Shown here in pieces: positions 31,222 through 39,998 of a stretch of DNA of 39,998 bases. Each line of letters starts with the position of its first letter. Position 1 is the stretch's first letter. Position numbers and translations under genes: made by a program. The notes below the pieces were generated by a model. The model was not told the DNA's origin. It did no database searches and saw only the letters and a program-made list of their open reading frames with translations. This stretch comes from Spirochaetaceae bacterium. GTDB taxonomy: Bacteria; Spirochaetota; Spirochaetia; DSM-27196; SKKC01. The stretch lies in NCBI GenBank assembly GCA_003552745.1, contig PUOG01000134.1:1-39998 (forward strand), given 5' to 3'.

Positions 31222-32335
31222 GCTCCTCCCGTACCGGTATCACGCAACGCACGACGAACCCGTCGTGACCTGAAACGCCCACCGTGCCACCGAGCGCCTC
31301 CGCCCTCGTGCGGATTCCGTGCAGCCCGATCCCTTCGCGTACAACCGATGTGCCCACCCCGTCATCGCGATACACCAGACGAAGCGACCGGCCCGCCTCG
31401 ATCCGTATCGTAATCCGGCTCGCTCGCGAATGGCGCGCAGCGTTGGTAAGAAGCTCCCTCACGGCCGCGATACACGCCTCGCGATGTGACTCGGGCAATG
31501 CTGCGAATGCCTCGTCATCGAGCGACAGCTCCACCGGACACACCCTGCACTCCGCCGCCAGCCGACGAATCGCGTGGGCACCTGACTCCGGCCGCGGTCG
31601 CAGATCGTATACCGTCTCCCGGACCGAATCCGCGGCCGCCTGCAACGCCTCTATCCCGTTGCGAAGCATCGTTCGCGCTCGATCGGGTTGTGATTCGACG
31701 AGCCGTTCAACCGCCTGCAGCTGCATGAGCGCCCCGGTAAGCCGGTGGCCCACCCCGTCATGCATCTCCTGCGCGATCCGCGTGCGTTCGGCTCGTTCGG
31801 TCGCGCTCACCAGCTCTCCGGACATCCGTTCGATACGGCGCTGCGCCTGTTCCAGCCGGTAGCGCGCGGTACGTTCGCGATCGATCGCCGACCGGTGTCG
31901 CGTCTCGCCGGCCTCGTGCCGCTCGTTCACCCATCCGGCTGCCGCCGCGAGCGCCGAAGACAGCCCGAGCACAACCCAACTCGCCGGTGGCACCACAAAC
32001 GCGAAAAGGAGCGGAGGAACGGCCGCCGACGGTACCGGCCATCGGTAGGCGAAATCGTATGCAGCGGATGCGGCGAGAAGACCGAACTCGGGGGCGGCCG
32101 CGGCGAACCCGGCAAAGAGTGCTGTTTTCGCCAGGGCAAACCATCGCCCCTCGATGAAGCGTGCTCCTGCGATCTCCACGGCGATGCCGCCGAGCGCCAT
32201 CGCGAGAATCGGCGCGGTTACCGCCTCGGCATCGCCGGCGAATCTCTGCGCGAGTGAGGCCACGACGGCGATCCAGATTGACGCTTTGACAAGCGAGCCG
32301 GCGATGGTTGACCTCCCCCGGTACTCTACTCCCAC
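31193..32335 (-). CDS. membrane sensor histidine kinase (HisKA_3/DesK-LiaS type)
   Basis: RIAQEMHDGVGHRLTGALMQL is a HisKA_3 H-box, and the C-terminus is HATPase-like (LLTNAARHS...DDGVG...GIGLHGI). I place the start at the GTG at 32335, which overlaps the upstream stop as TAGTG. The track ORF runs further upstream inside the permease gene. Confidence 0.75.
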   Translation of the reverse strand: MGVEYRGRSTIAGSLVKASIWIAVVASLAQRFAGDAEAVTAPILAMALGGIAVEIAGARFIEGRWFALAKTALFAGFAAAAPEFGLLAASAAYDFAYRWPVPSAAVPPLLFAFVVPPASWVVLGLSSALAAAAGWVNERHEAGETRHRSAIDRERTARYRLEQAQRRIERMSGELVSATERAERTRIAQEMHDGVGHRLTGALMQLQAVERLVESQPDRARTMLRNGIEALQAAADSVRETVYDLRPRPESGAHAIRRLAAECRVCPVELSLDDEAFAALPESHREACIAAVRELLTNAARHSRASRITIRIEAGRSLRLVYRDDGVGTSVVREGIGLHGIRTRAEALGGTVGVSGHDGFVVRCVIPVREEHERDTSRNC

Positions 32336-33453
32336 TACTTCGCCACGTCGACCCGCCTCCACGAACCGAGCAACTGGAAGACGATCGCGAACAGGAGCAG
32401 TATTCCGAGATTCGGCAGAATCTCGGCGAACGGTGCTCCGGAGAGCGCCGAAGCGGTCGCAGATGTCGTCCATCGCGCCGGTGACAAGGTGCCGATATGC
32501 TGCAGGTAGACGGGCATGATGTCGTACGGCCAGAACGCGCCGCCGAGCATCACCATCATCATAATCAGGAAATTGCTCGCAATCGCCGTACGGCGCGCGG
32601 TCTTCATGATATTCGACACTGCAAGAGTAAACGACACACCGACGAGCGCAAAGACGATGAGGATCGCGCCGACCGATACGACCGCCTCGGAGTTGAGTTG
32701 CGGAAAGACGATCCACAGAACGATCGTTCCGGCAACCGCCTGAAGCGCGGTCGCGCAAAAGAACGCGGCGTTGGTCTCGAACATATAGCGTTGCAAGGAG
32801 ACCGGCCCTGCGAGGGTCCTATGAAAGATTCCCTTCTCGATATCCGTGAGAAAGATGAGGCAGGCGGCCATCGTCATCAGCAACATGGTGAAGGTGAGCA
32901 GGCCGATGAGCTGCGAGAGCCCTTGCGCCTCCCCGCTACTGAGAGCCCCGCGCTCGCTTCGATGCGGCTCACTCTGCAGCGAGAAACGCCCCTCCCTTAC
33001 CCGCTCTACGGTCCGGAGAAACGCATCGCGGTCGCCGTCGACAACCCGTGCCACATTGTGCGCAGCGGAGAGTACCGCATCGGCCGCCGATCTCACACTC
33101 CGTGTCATCTGCACGCCCTGCAGCGAGTAGGTCTCTATCCGCGCCCGCTCGCCTGCGATCACTTCGTCCTGCATACCTGCGGGCACGACCAGCGCATACT
33201 CGATGCCCCCGTCGACAAGCGCGGAAGTGATCTCCCCTTCCTCGACCTCGACGAAGTGCGCTACCGGTGCCACCGCATCCGACACCATCCGGGAGAGAAC
33301 CGAATCGTCGTGGTCGATCAATGCGACACGCATTGCATCGCCGGAGCCACCCCCGCCGACGACCATCACGATCAGCATGGGAATTGCGACCGTGAGGACG
33401 ATCATCCACGGTCGTCCGAATAGACGCTTTATGTAGGTTCTGAATACCGTCAT
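32335..33453 (-). CDS. ABC-2 type transporter permease
   Basis: The ATG at 33453 overlaps the upstream stop (ATGA). The N-terminus is MTVFRTYIKRLFGRPWMIVLTVAIPMLIV. The architecture is a large extracytoplasmic loop followed by five or six TM helices. Confidence 0.7.
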   Translation of the reverse strand: MTVFRTYIKRLFGRPWMIVLTVAIPMLIVMVVGGGGSGDAMRVALIDHDDSVLSRMVSDAVAPVAHFVEVEEGEITSALVDGGIEYALVVPAGMQDEVIAGERARIETYSLQGVQMTRSVRSAADAVLSAAHNVARVVDGDRDAFLRTVERVREGRFSLQSEPHRSERGALSSGEAQGLSQLIGLLTFTMLLMTMAACLIFLTDIEKGIFHRTLAGPVSLQRYMFETNAAFFCATALQAVAGTIVLWIVFPQLNSEAVVSVGAILIVFALVGVSFTLAVSNIMKTARRTAIASNFLIMMMVMLGGAFWPYDIMPVYLQHIGTLSPARWTTSATASALSGAPFAEILPNLGILLLFAIVFQLLGSWRRVDVAK

Positions 33454-34634
33454 GAGTCCCTCCGGGCGAGCATTACCGTCAACATGAACACGACGGCGGC
33501 GCCGCCGAGGAAATAGATGAAAGCGCCGGTTAGTACGCCCGGTGCCCCGCCGTATACCATCGCGAGCATCGCGGTCTGGCCCTGATAGTGCGGAAGCGCC
33601 TGCTGGATCGTCCGAAATGCCGGTCCGACATCTCCGAATTGGAACGCGCCGCCGGAGACGATCATCGACGCCAGTACCGCCACGCTGACGATCGATTGCG
33701 CCTTCGGTCCGTCGCGTACGATGGCGAGCACGAGCGACCCGAAGGCAACCGCGAAGACGACGATCGATATCGCGATCGCGACGAGTAGCAGCGGTCGAGT
33801 GCCCCAATCTGCTCCGAATACGAGAAGCGTTGCGATTACGATTACCGCCGCCTGGATAAGGCCGGTGATCGTATTTGCCGCGAGTTTTCCCGAGATATGG
33901 GCCCAGAGCGAGATGGACGTGGTACGAACGCGCCGTCCGGTCGGCTCGAGCAGGTCCTCGCGCATCGCCTCGACCGCATAGCCCGCCACGAACATGAGCG
34001 TAAGCACCAGCATCGAAATCGCATAGAAGTCGAATGATCCGGGTGCCCGGCCGGCTCGCGAGATCTCGACCGAATCGAACTCCGCCGGCATCGGCATATA
34101 GCTGAAACCGGTCACCTCCTCCGACGGGTCGAATGGCTCGAGGCCACCCGAGCCGCCGGCCGCATGTTCGGAGAGCTCTGTGGCAAGGGCAACGGTCACA
34201 TTCGCCGCGTGGACGTAGTTGCGCACCACGGCGCGAACGATTCCGGTGCGCAGGGCGCTATCGGTTCGTTCGATGAGCGTGAGCTCGGCCGAATCGCCCC
34301 CATACGTGGCGGGGACGTGGACGACGGTGTAGACATCCTCGCGTTCGAGCATCCGGCGCGCTTCATCGAGCCCGGAAGCTTCGCTCGTTGCGAGGTATCC
34401 GCCGACATCGTCGCGGTTCAGGAAATCGCGGACGCTCTCGGCACCGTCCGCCTCGGACTCGATCACATACGCCACCGGTGTCGGTCCGATATCGCGCCCT
34501 TCGAACGCTCCGCCGAGCGCGCTTCCAAGCACGAAGATCAACCCGAGGGGCATAAGGATCTGCTCGGTGACCGATGAACTGTCTCGCCAGTTTCTCAGGA
34601 CGGTATATCGCAGGACCGTAAGTGCTTTCTTCAC
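33450..34634 (-). CDS. ABC-2 type transporter permease
   Basis: AGGAGG lies 6 nt upstream of the GTG at 34634 (VKKALTVLRYTVLRNWRD...). Same architecture as the following permease. Confidence 0.7.
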   Translation of the reverse strand: MKKALTVLRYTVLRNWRDSSSVTEQILMPLGLIFVLGSALGGAFEGRDIGPTPVAYVIESEADGAESVRDFLNRDDVGGYLATSEASGLDEARRMLEREDVYTVVHVPATYGGDSAELTLIERTDSALRTGIVRAVVRNYVHAANVTVALATELSEHAAGGSGGLEPFDPSEEVTGFSYMPMPAEFDSVEISRAGRAPGSFDFYAISMLVLTLMFVAGYAVEAMREDLLEPTGRRVRTTSISLWAHISGKLAANTITGLIQAAVIVIATLLVFGADWGTRPLLLVAIAISIVVFAVAFGSLVLAIVRDGPKAQSIVSVAVLASMIVSGGAFQFGDVGPAFRTIQQALPHYQGQTAMLAMVYGGAPGVLTGAFIYFLGGAAVVFMLTVMLARRDS

Positions 34635-34644
34635 GGCGAGCCTC

Positions 34645-35577
34645 CTAATCGCGCAGAGATCGGCCGGTGAGCGAGAGGAACACGCTTTCGAGCGTCGGCT
34701 TCTGCACGTGAGCCGAGAGCACCTCGGCCCCCGCACCCACCGCATTCTCGATAATCCGGCCAAGCCTGACCCCACCGCGCTCGACGGTGATACGCAGGTG
34801 CGTCCCGTTGGGAGCGCACGCGGAAACCCCGGCAACCGACGATACGGCATTGACAACGTCCGGTGTTACCCGCTCGAGCTCGATATCGACGATTTCTTCA
34901 TCGTCAACGAGAGCCTTCAGATCGCCGTGCATTCCCGAGGCGATGATCCGGCCGTGGTCCATGATGACCACACGCGTACATACCGCCTCCACCTCCTCCA
35001 TGTAGTGCGAAGTGTAGATGATGGTCGCCCCGTCGCCGTTGAGCGCCCGGACCGATTCGAGAATGTGGTTGCGTGACTGCGGGTCAATGCCGACGGTAGG
35101 CTCGTCCATGATAACGAGCTCGGGCCGATGCACGACCGCGCAGGCGATGTTGAGCCGGCGCTTCATACCTCCGGAGAAGCTCTTCGGCTTCTGATCGCGG
35201 CGCTCGGACAAGCCGGTGAAACTCAACGCGAAATCAACCCCCTCGGCGACTCGCGTACCGGAGAGTCCGTACAGACGTCCGAAGTACGCTACGTTTTCGG
35301 CGGCGGTAAGATCGTCGAATACCGCGATCTCCTGCGGCACCACACCGATGCGGCGCTTCAGATCGCCGGTGACTCGACTCACCTTCCGCCCGAACATCGA
35401 AACATCGCCCGAATCGAATGCGGTCAGTCCGATGAGACCGTTGATCGCGGTCGTCTTACCTGCTCCGTTCGGGCCGAGCAGCCCCACGATCTCTCCATCA
35501 TCGATCGTCAGATCGACGTTATCGACTGCCACAACATCGCGGTATCGTTTGACCAGCCCTTCAGCCTGAATAACCAT
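34645..35577 (-). CDS. ABC transporter ATP-binding protein (ABC-2/DrrA-like subfamily)
   Basis: GGGAGGAG lies upstream of the ATG at 35577. Walker A is GLLGPNGAGKTT, the signature is FSGGMKRRL, and Walker B is LVIMDEPTVGID. Confidence 0.9.
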   Translation of the reverse strand: MVIQAEGLVKRYRDVVAVDNVDLTIDDGEIVGLLGPNGAGKTTAINGLIGLTAFDSGDVSMFGRKVSRVTGDLKRRIGVVPQEIAVFDDLTAAENVAYFGRLYGLSGTRVAEGVDFALSFTGLSERRDQKPKSFSGGMKRRLNIACAVVHRPELVIMDEPTVGIDPQSRNHILESVRALNGDGATIIYTSHYMEEVEAVCTRVVIMDHGRIIASGMHGDLKALVDDEEIVDIELERVTPDVVNAVSSVAGVSACAPNGTHLRITVERGGVRLGRIIENAVGAGAEVLSAHVQKPTLESVFLSLTGRSLRD

Positions 35578-35697
35578 AACTCCTCCCGTGCAGATTCCCT
35601 GCAAGTACCGAGCGAAGAATAGCGCGAAGGTAAGGAGCCGAGTAGCGTGAAATGTGTCACGACTTGAAGGTGACAGATGTCATCCGAACCGGTTTCG

Positions 35698-36183
35698 CTA
35701 CCACCCGGCGGTTCCCGGAGCACCCTTGAACGGCCCTTTCAGGTTCGAGGTGATCCACCCGCCGTAGAAGTCACCGGCTTGCGCCTGCACCTGCTCGTCA
35801 TCGACATAGCAGGCATCCATGAGACCGGGGTAGAAGGCGAGCGCGCCGGCGAGCTCCCGGTAGGCGTCGGTCGCATCCGGATAGATCCATGCCGCACGCC
35901 TTGCTCGCCGTTCACCCACAACAACATCGAAATAGGAGGCGCGCCCTTTGAACTCACAGAAGGTCGATCCACCAGTGGGCTCGAGTACCCGCTCGTCTAT
36001 GTCGGTTCTCGGGATGTAATAGGTTGGAGGATGGCTCGTCTCGAGCACGCGGAGCGCACGCGTGGTATCGGCGATCGTTCGCCCGCCAAAGACCACGCGG
36101 ACACGGGCGCCGCTTCGTTCCACTGCCGGCGGCCGCGGATAGTCCCAGACCGATTCGGTGCGGTTTCTCTTGCTTTCTGCCAT
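35698..36183 (-). CDS. DUF427 domain protein
   Basis: AGGAGG lies 5 nt upstream of the ATG at 36183. ESVWDYPRPP, SHPPTYYIP and FCEFKGRASY match my recollection of DUF427 conserved blocks. Confidence 0.6.
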   Translation of the reverse strand: MAESKRNRTESVWDYPRPPAVERSGARVRVVFGGRTIADTTRALRVLETSHPPTYYIPRTDIDERVLEPTGGSTFCEFKGRASYFDVVVGERRARRAAWIYPDATDAYRELAGALAFYPGLMDACYVDDEQVQAQAGDFYGGWITSNLKGPFKGAPGTAGW

Positions 36184-36318
36184 CGAGCCCTCCTGAAGCG
36201 GGCGAATAGTCGGCATGAGCCAAGGGCGGTGCGAAGGCGTGCCCGAGAACCGCCTCGGCGCCGGTCTACCGTGTAAGATACTCGTGTTGGGGCACGGGAG
36301 GAAGGTGTTTCGATTCCG

Positions 36319-38007
36319 TCAGAGCCCGATGGCGCTGTTGTCCGCCGAGGCGTTTCGCGTCGGCCCCTCTTCCAGCGCTCGCCCGAGCGTTTCGAGAAGG
36401 CGATCGAGTGAGTACGGCTTCTGTACAAACAGGTACCCGGCTTCTTCGAGTTGGCGAATGTCGTCGGAGTCGCCGAGGTATCCACTGGTGAATACGATCG
36501 GCAGCTTCTCGAGTACTCCCAGATCCTTCGCCAGGGCGAGGCCGGTCCCGTCCGGTAACATTACATCGAGTATGAAGGCGTCGATGTCGGGCCGCTCGTC
36601 GCGCTGCCAGAACTCCTTCGCCTCCCGTACGCCGGCGGCCGAATAGACCTCGTATCCCCCTTCTCCCAGCGCTGTATGCAGAATGTCGCGAATACCCTCC
36701 TCATCTTCCACGACGAGAATAGAAATCCGATCGAGCTCATTCTCTACAACGACCGGGAACGACGAATCGTGAACGGCGGCACCGTCGGTTCCGGAACTCG
36801 CGAGGCCGTCACGCTCGCCGGACGGTGCATGGCTCAACGCAGTCGGCAGTGTGATCGTGAACGTCGTTCCCTCGCCCGGCGCCGAGTCGACGGCGATCGA
36901 TCCGTCGTGCTCACGGACGATACTCTCCACGACCGCAAGGCCGAGCCCAGTTCCGAGACCGCTCGTCTTCGTGGTGAAATACGGTTCGAACACCCTCGAG
37001 CACACCTCTTCAGACATCCCTATCCCCGTATCGGAGACCGAGAGCGCGATTCGCTCGTCCGTTATTCGCCCGGCTGAGACTGTGATCGTTCCATCTTCTT
37101 CGATAGCATCGCGGGCGTTTATCACCAGGTTCGCCACCACCTGTTCGAGCTTCCCCCGATCTCCGTAAACCTCCAGCGGATCCGATGGAACGTCGGTCGT
37201 CACACTGATTCGTGGTTCGATAATCCGACCCAACATTCCGAGCATCGACTCGATCGCGTCACGCATGTCGAATACTTCCCTCTCGGCCGGCGCCTTGCGG
37301 CTGAACAGCAACAGCTGGTGGGTAAGCCGCGCCGCGCGCTGAACGCCGCTCTCGAGCTCACCGAGATAACGCGACACGTTCGGGTCGCAACTCTCGTCGG
37401 ACGTGATATGTTTCAGCAGCTGCGTATATCCTCCGAGCGCGGTCAGGATATTGTTGAAGTCGTGCGCGACTCCACCGGCGAGCCGACCGATCGCCTCGAG
37501 GCGCTGCGAGTGTTGCAGTGTTTCCCGGTGTTCGGCGAGCTCCCGTTCGGTGCGACGCAACTCGGTGACATCGCGACATATTCCGAGAATCGAGACCACG
37601 TTGCCGTCCTCATCAAACTCCGGAATCAGCCGACTCTCGAAATAGCGGGTGTGTTCTTCACCCTTACTATCGCTGTCAGAGATGTCGCTCTCGGTCGATC
37701 GCCGTGGCACAATCGAGAATGCGAAGTCATGTGCTTCTCCGGAGCGAAAGACTTGATTGCGCACTTCTGACCACCGCGACAAGTCTTCCTCGGGTATTCC
37801 TCCGATTCGTGCGATGTTAAAAAGCGGCTCGCCGATGATATCCTCGAGTCCGAGCCCGATGAGCCTCTGCGCGATCGGATTCGCGAAGAGCAGCCGATCC
37901 TCGCCGTCGACACGGAGAATGAGTTCGGGTGCATTCTGCAATACGAGCGCGAGCTCGCGCTGCTGCCGCTGAAGCTCGCGCGCGAGCGAATCGGTGACCT
38001 GTTCCAT
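36319..38007 (-). CDS. hybrid sensor histidine kinase (PAS, HisKA, HATPase_c, C-terminal receiver), cytoplasmic, orphan
   Basis: AGGAG lies upstream of the ATG at 38007. The H-box is GGVAHDFNNILTAL. ATPase motifs are NLVINARDAI, DTGIGM and GTGLGLAVV. The receiver reads ILVVEDEEGIR...ILDVMLPDGTG...IVFTSGY. No TM segment and no adjacent partner regulator. Confidence 0.85.
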   Translation of the reverse strand: MEQVTDSLARELQRQQRELALVLQNAPELILRVDGEDRLLFANPIAQRLIGLGLEDIIGEPLFNIARIGGIPEEDLSRWSEVRNQVFRSGEAHDFAFSIVPRRSTESDISDSDSKGEEHTRYFESRLIPEFDEDGNVVSILGICRDVTELRRTERELAEHRETLQHSQRLEAIGRLAGGVAHDFNNILTALGGYTQLLKHITSDESCDPNVSRYLGELESGVQRAARLTHQLLLFSRKAPAEREVFDMRDAIESMLGMLGRIIEPRISVTTDVPSDPLEVYGDRGKLEQVVANLVINARDAIEEDGTITVSAGRITDERIALSVSDTGIGMSEEVCSRVFEPYFTTKTSGLGTGLGLAVVESIVREHDGSIAVDSAPGEGTTFTITLPTALSHAPSGERDGLASSGTDGAAVHDSSFPVVVENELDRISILVVEDEEGIRDILHTALGEGGYEVYSAAGVREAKEFWQRDERPDIDAFILDVMLPDGTGLALAKDLGVLEKLPIVFTSGYLGDSDDIRQLEEAGYLFVQKPYSLDRLLETLGRALEEGPTRNASADNSAIGL

Positions 38008-38165
38008 GTTCACTCCTGTGACGGGACTGCTGCTGGCAGTCGTCGCGGCATCTGCCCGACTCGTCCCCGGCGGGAAACCGGTGCTTCCCACACGCGAACA
38101 ACAATCTCTCTAATTGTCGCATTATATCTACTACGCGCGCAAGAGGCAAAAAACCCGGTCTGCGG

Positions 38166-38194
38166 GCACACGAAAGTGGCAGCACACGAAAGTG
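38166..38194. repeat. tandem direct repeat GCACACGAAAGTG x2 (16-nt period) in a divergent intergenic region
   Basis: Units at 38166-38178 and 38182-38194 are separated by GCA. They lie between the hybrid kinase start (38007, minus) and the 38240 gene start (plus). Confidence 0.6.
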
Positions 38195-38239
38195 TCCTTG
38201 CGTGCAGCGGCACCCGGGAGTATTGTGTTGAATTACGCC

Positions 38240-38794
38240 ATGGCCGCCCACGCTCCGAAGACAGCAAAGAGCCTTCTCGCGCTATTCGATCGGTGCGAGG
38301 CTCATCTGCGCGGCACGGCCGACATCCCGCACAAGCGCGTCGGTGCGCATCGCTACTTTCACCTCCGCTCGTGTAACGCCTCCCGCCTCGCCACCCGTGC
38401 GGCCGAGGTTCTCAACAGTACCTACGAGGCCGAGGCGACGGCCGACAATATCGTGGCAAAACTCCACGACGCCGAAGGGCTGTCACTGCTCGTCTACGAG
38501 CATTTTGCCGACGACCCGCATCCGGCCCTTCGTCTTTCGGTTCGATTGAAGAGCGCCACCGCCGCTCCCGCCGTCCGCCGCTACCGCTCGAATCCGCCGG
38601 TACTGCACCGCAAAGAGCTTCTGCTCGAGCCGAACAGCCCGGCGTATACACTCATGCGCACACTGACCGAGCTCGAAGAGACAGCGGGCCTGCTTGCCGA
38701 TCCGCACACGATCGGTTTCCGCAATCAGTGGATGCATCGGCTCGAGTCGATGGGTTACGCTGTCGAAGGCGTACAGCTGCGCAAGCTCACATAG
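38240..38794 (+). CDS. hypothetical protein resembling the C-terminal conserved module of dnd-associated putative methyltransferases (no methyltransferase domain here)
   Basis: 184 aa from the ATG at 38240 (alternative GTG at 38225). The blocks FADDPHPALRLS, NPPVLHRKELLL, LTELEETAGLL and IGFRNQW match my memory of that family's C-terminus. This is recall only, not a search result. Confidence 0.4.
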   Translation: MAAHAPKTAKSLLALFDRCEAHLRGTADIPHKRVGAHRYFHLRSCNASRLATRAAEVLNSTYEAEATADNIVAKLHDAEGLSLLVYEHFADDPHPALRLSVRLKSATAAPAVRRYRSNPPVLHRKELLLEPNSPAYTLMRTLTELEETAGLLADPHTIGFRNQWMHRLESMGYAVEGVQLRKLT

Positions 38795-38855
38795 GAGAGC
38801 GGGTGTGATGGGAACGCTCACGAACTCCGGAGGTACCGGTTCGGTTGAGCTTTTC

Positions 38856-39998
38856 TTATGAGCCGTGCGCGGCGCTCCGGTCGCGTTCGAGAAGCCGGCC
38901 GCGCACCATCTCCAGCGCTAGATTCGTCGTTCGGTACTTCACTTCTTCACGATCTCCGGGAAGGCGAAACTCGCGGCAGACCTCCTCCCGGTCGTCTGCA
39001 ACCGTGATATAGACCAGCCCCACCGGTTTCTCCGCTGTTCCGCCGTCCGGGCCGGCGATTCCGGTGATCGCAACCGCGAAATCGCTGCCGCACGCCTCGC
39101 GCGCTCCGCGAGCCATAGCACGGGAAACCGACTCGCTGACCGCTCCGTCGCGGACGATCAAGTCGGGGTCGATCGCGAGGAGCGAGCTCTTGAGCTCGTT
39201 GCTGTATGCGAGAACGCCGCCGGAGAAGTAGCGCGAGCTTCCCCCCACATTGGTGATGCGGTGGCCGAGCAATCCTCCGGTACACGACTCGGCCACCGAG
39301 ACGGTCAGACCGCGTTCGACCAGCAGTGCGCCCACCGCCTCCTCGAGCGACGTGTCGTCTTCTCCGTACACCGCGTCACCGAGAACGGTGCGGATCTCGG
39401 CGGCGGTCTCGGCCAGGTAGCGCCGGGCTGTCTCCTCGTCGGGCGCGTGAGCGGTGATACGCAGATGCATCTCCCCGAGGTGGGCGAGCGGAGCGATCGT
39501 GGGATTGGTCTGTGCTTCCAGAAGCGGCTTCAGAAGCTCGGCGACTCGCGACTCTCCCAGCCCGATCACCCGCAACACCCGCGAGGAGAGCACCGCACTC
39601 TGCCCGTGCTCGGAGGCATAGTGTGCCAACCGCGGCAGGACCTCCTCGCGCATCAGAGCACGCATCTCTCCGGGCGGACCGGGAACGAGCACCACGATCG
39701 TCCCGCCGTGTTCCAGATAGATCCCCGGAGCGGTGCCTCTGCTGTTGGGAAGCAGAATCGCGCCTTCCGGCACCATCGCCTGGCGCAGATTATTCTGCGG
39801 AAGCGGATAGTCCTCGTCCGGCGAGAGCGCACGCCGCTGTTCCCGCCGCCGTTCGAAGATTTCCAGCAGATGTTGTGCCCACCGCTCATCCCGGCGTAGC
39901 GGCCGGCCGGCAACCTCCGCGAGCGTCTCCCTGGTCAAGTCGTCCTCGGTGGGGCCCAGTCCCCCGCAAGCTATCACCAGGTCGGCCCGCTCGATCGC
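38856..39998 (-). CDS. cinA: CinA-family protein (MoCF-biosynthesis-like N-domain plus CinA/PncC nicotinamide-nucleotide amidohydrolase C-domain); N-terminus beyond window end
   Basis: IACGGLGPTEDDLTRE is the N-domain motif. SVAESCTGGLLGHRITNVGGSSRYFSGGVLAYSNELK is the CinA C-domain motif. The frame stays open to position 39998. Confidence 0.85.
   Translation of the reverse strand, partial: AIERADLVIACGGLGPTEDDLTRETLAEVAGRPLRRDERWAQHLLEIFERRREQRRALSPDEDYPLPQNNLRQAMVPEGAILLPNSRGTAPGIYLEHGGTIVVLVPGPPGEMRALMREEVLPRLAHYASEHGQSAVLSSRVLRVIGLGESRVAELLKPLLEAQTNPTIAPLAHLGEMHLRITAHAPDEETARRYLAETAAEIRTVLGDAVYGEDDTSLEEAVGALLVERGLTVSVAESCTGGLLGHRITNVGGSSRYFSGGVLAYSNELKSSLLAIDPDLIVRDGAVSESVSRAMARGAREACGSDFAVAITGIAGPDGGTAEKPVGLVYITVADDREEVCREFRLPGDREEVKYRTTNLALEMVRGRLLERDRSAAHGS

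Noticed and set aside
1-39998. Looked for CRISPR arrays, tRNA/rRNA genes, IS elements, integrases, toxin-antitoxin pairs and known defence-system genes.
   Set aside because: No regularly spaced repeats were seen, no intergenic region is long enough or has cloverleaf-like structure, and no transposase, integrase or nuclease/helicase-type signatures appear in any called ORF. Absence is by eye only; tRNAscan, Rfam or ISfinder-type scans would be needed for certainty.

Overview
High-GC, gene-dense bacterial chromosomal segment. GC content and regional GC differences are judged by eye, not computed. I call 38 protein-coding features (two cut by the window edges), one decayed LuxR-type pseudogene, and several non-coding repeats, hairpins and promoter candidates. 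I recognised no rRNA, tRNA, CRISPR array, transposase, integrase or phage gene.

Layout:
(i) 1-4.9 kb: divergent, probably catabolic cluster. The minus strand carries a phosphotriesterase-family gene, a HisD-like dehydrogenase and a secreted protein. The plus strand carries a SIS-domain gene, an unknown gene and an M20 amidohydrolase.
(ii) 4.9-9.1 kb: fasciclin protein, a CDS/dolichol-kinase-like membrane protein, a C45 Ntn-hydrolase fused to TPR repeats, and a small protein with a Gly/Arg-rich tail.
(iii) 9.3-20.5 kb: accessory-looking island that appears lower in GC. It is bounded by two inverted paralogous lipoprotein genes. It is filled with acidic lipoproteins (InlB-repeat/DUF1566, PKD, two unknowns) and a lipoprotein S8 protease with a propeptide-like C-terminal domain. 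It also holds a 7TM-PAS-LuxR one-component regulator and three paralogous NarL/FixJ-type genes: two intact ones with atypical receivers and one relic. An exact 23-nt repeat marks the leaders of one intact regulator gene and of the relic.
(iv) 20.7-24.4 kb: MltD-like lytic transglycosylase, a GNAT, and a cation/proton antiporter fused to a USP domain.
(v) 24.4-29.8 kb: two FtsX-type permeases, a LolA-like protein and a probable outer-membrane beta-barrel, with no ATPase gene. This is a candidate trans-envelope system.
(vi) 29.8-35.6 kb: minus-strand operon of ABC ATPase, two ABC-2 permeases, a HisKA_3 kinase, a NarL-type regulator and an SDR.
(vii) 35.7-40 kb: DUF427 protein, an orphan hybrid histidine kinase, a small protein resembling a dnd-associated C-terminal module, and CinA (partial).

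The points most worth follow-up are the regulator-rich lipoprotein/protease island with its conserved 23-mer and upstream ORF, and the ATPase-less FtsX/LolA-like/barrel cluster with shared acidic DD-x-F motifs. Taxonomy cannot be assigned from this window. All family calls rest on motif recognition by eye, not on searches.
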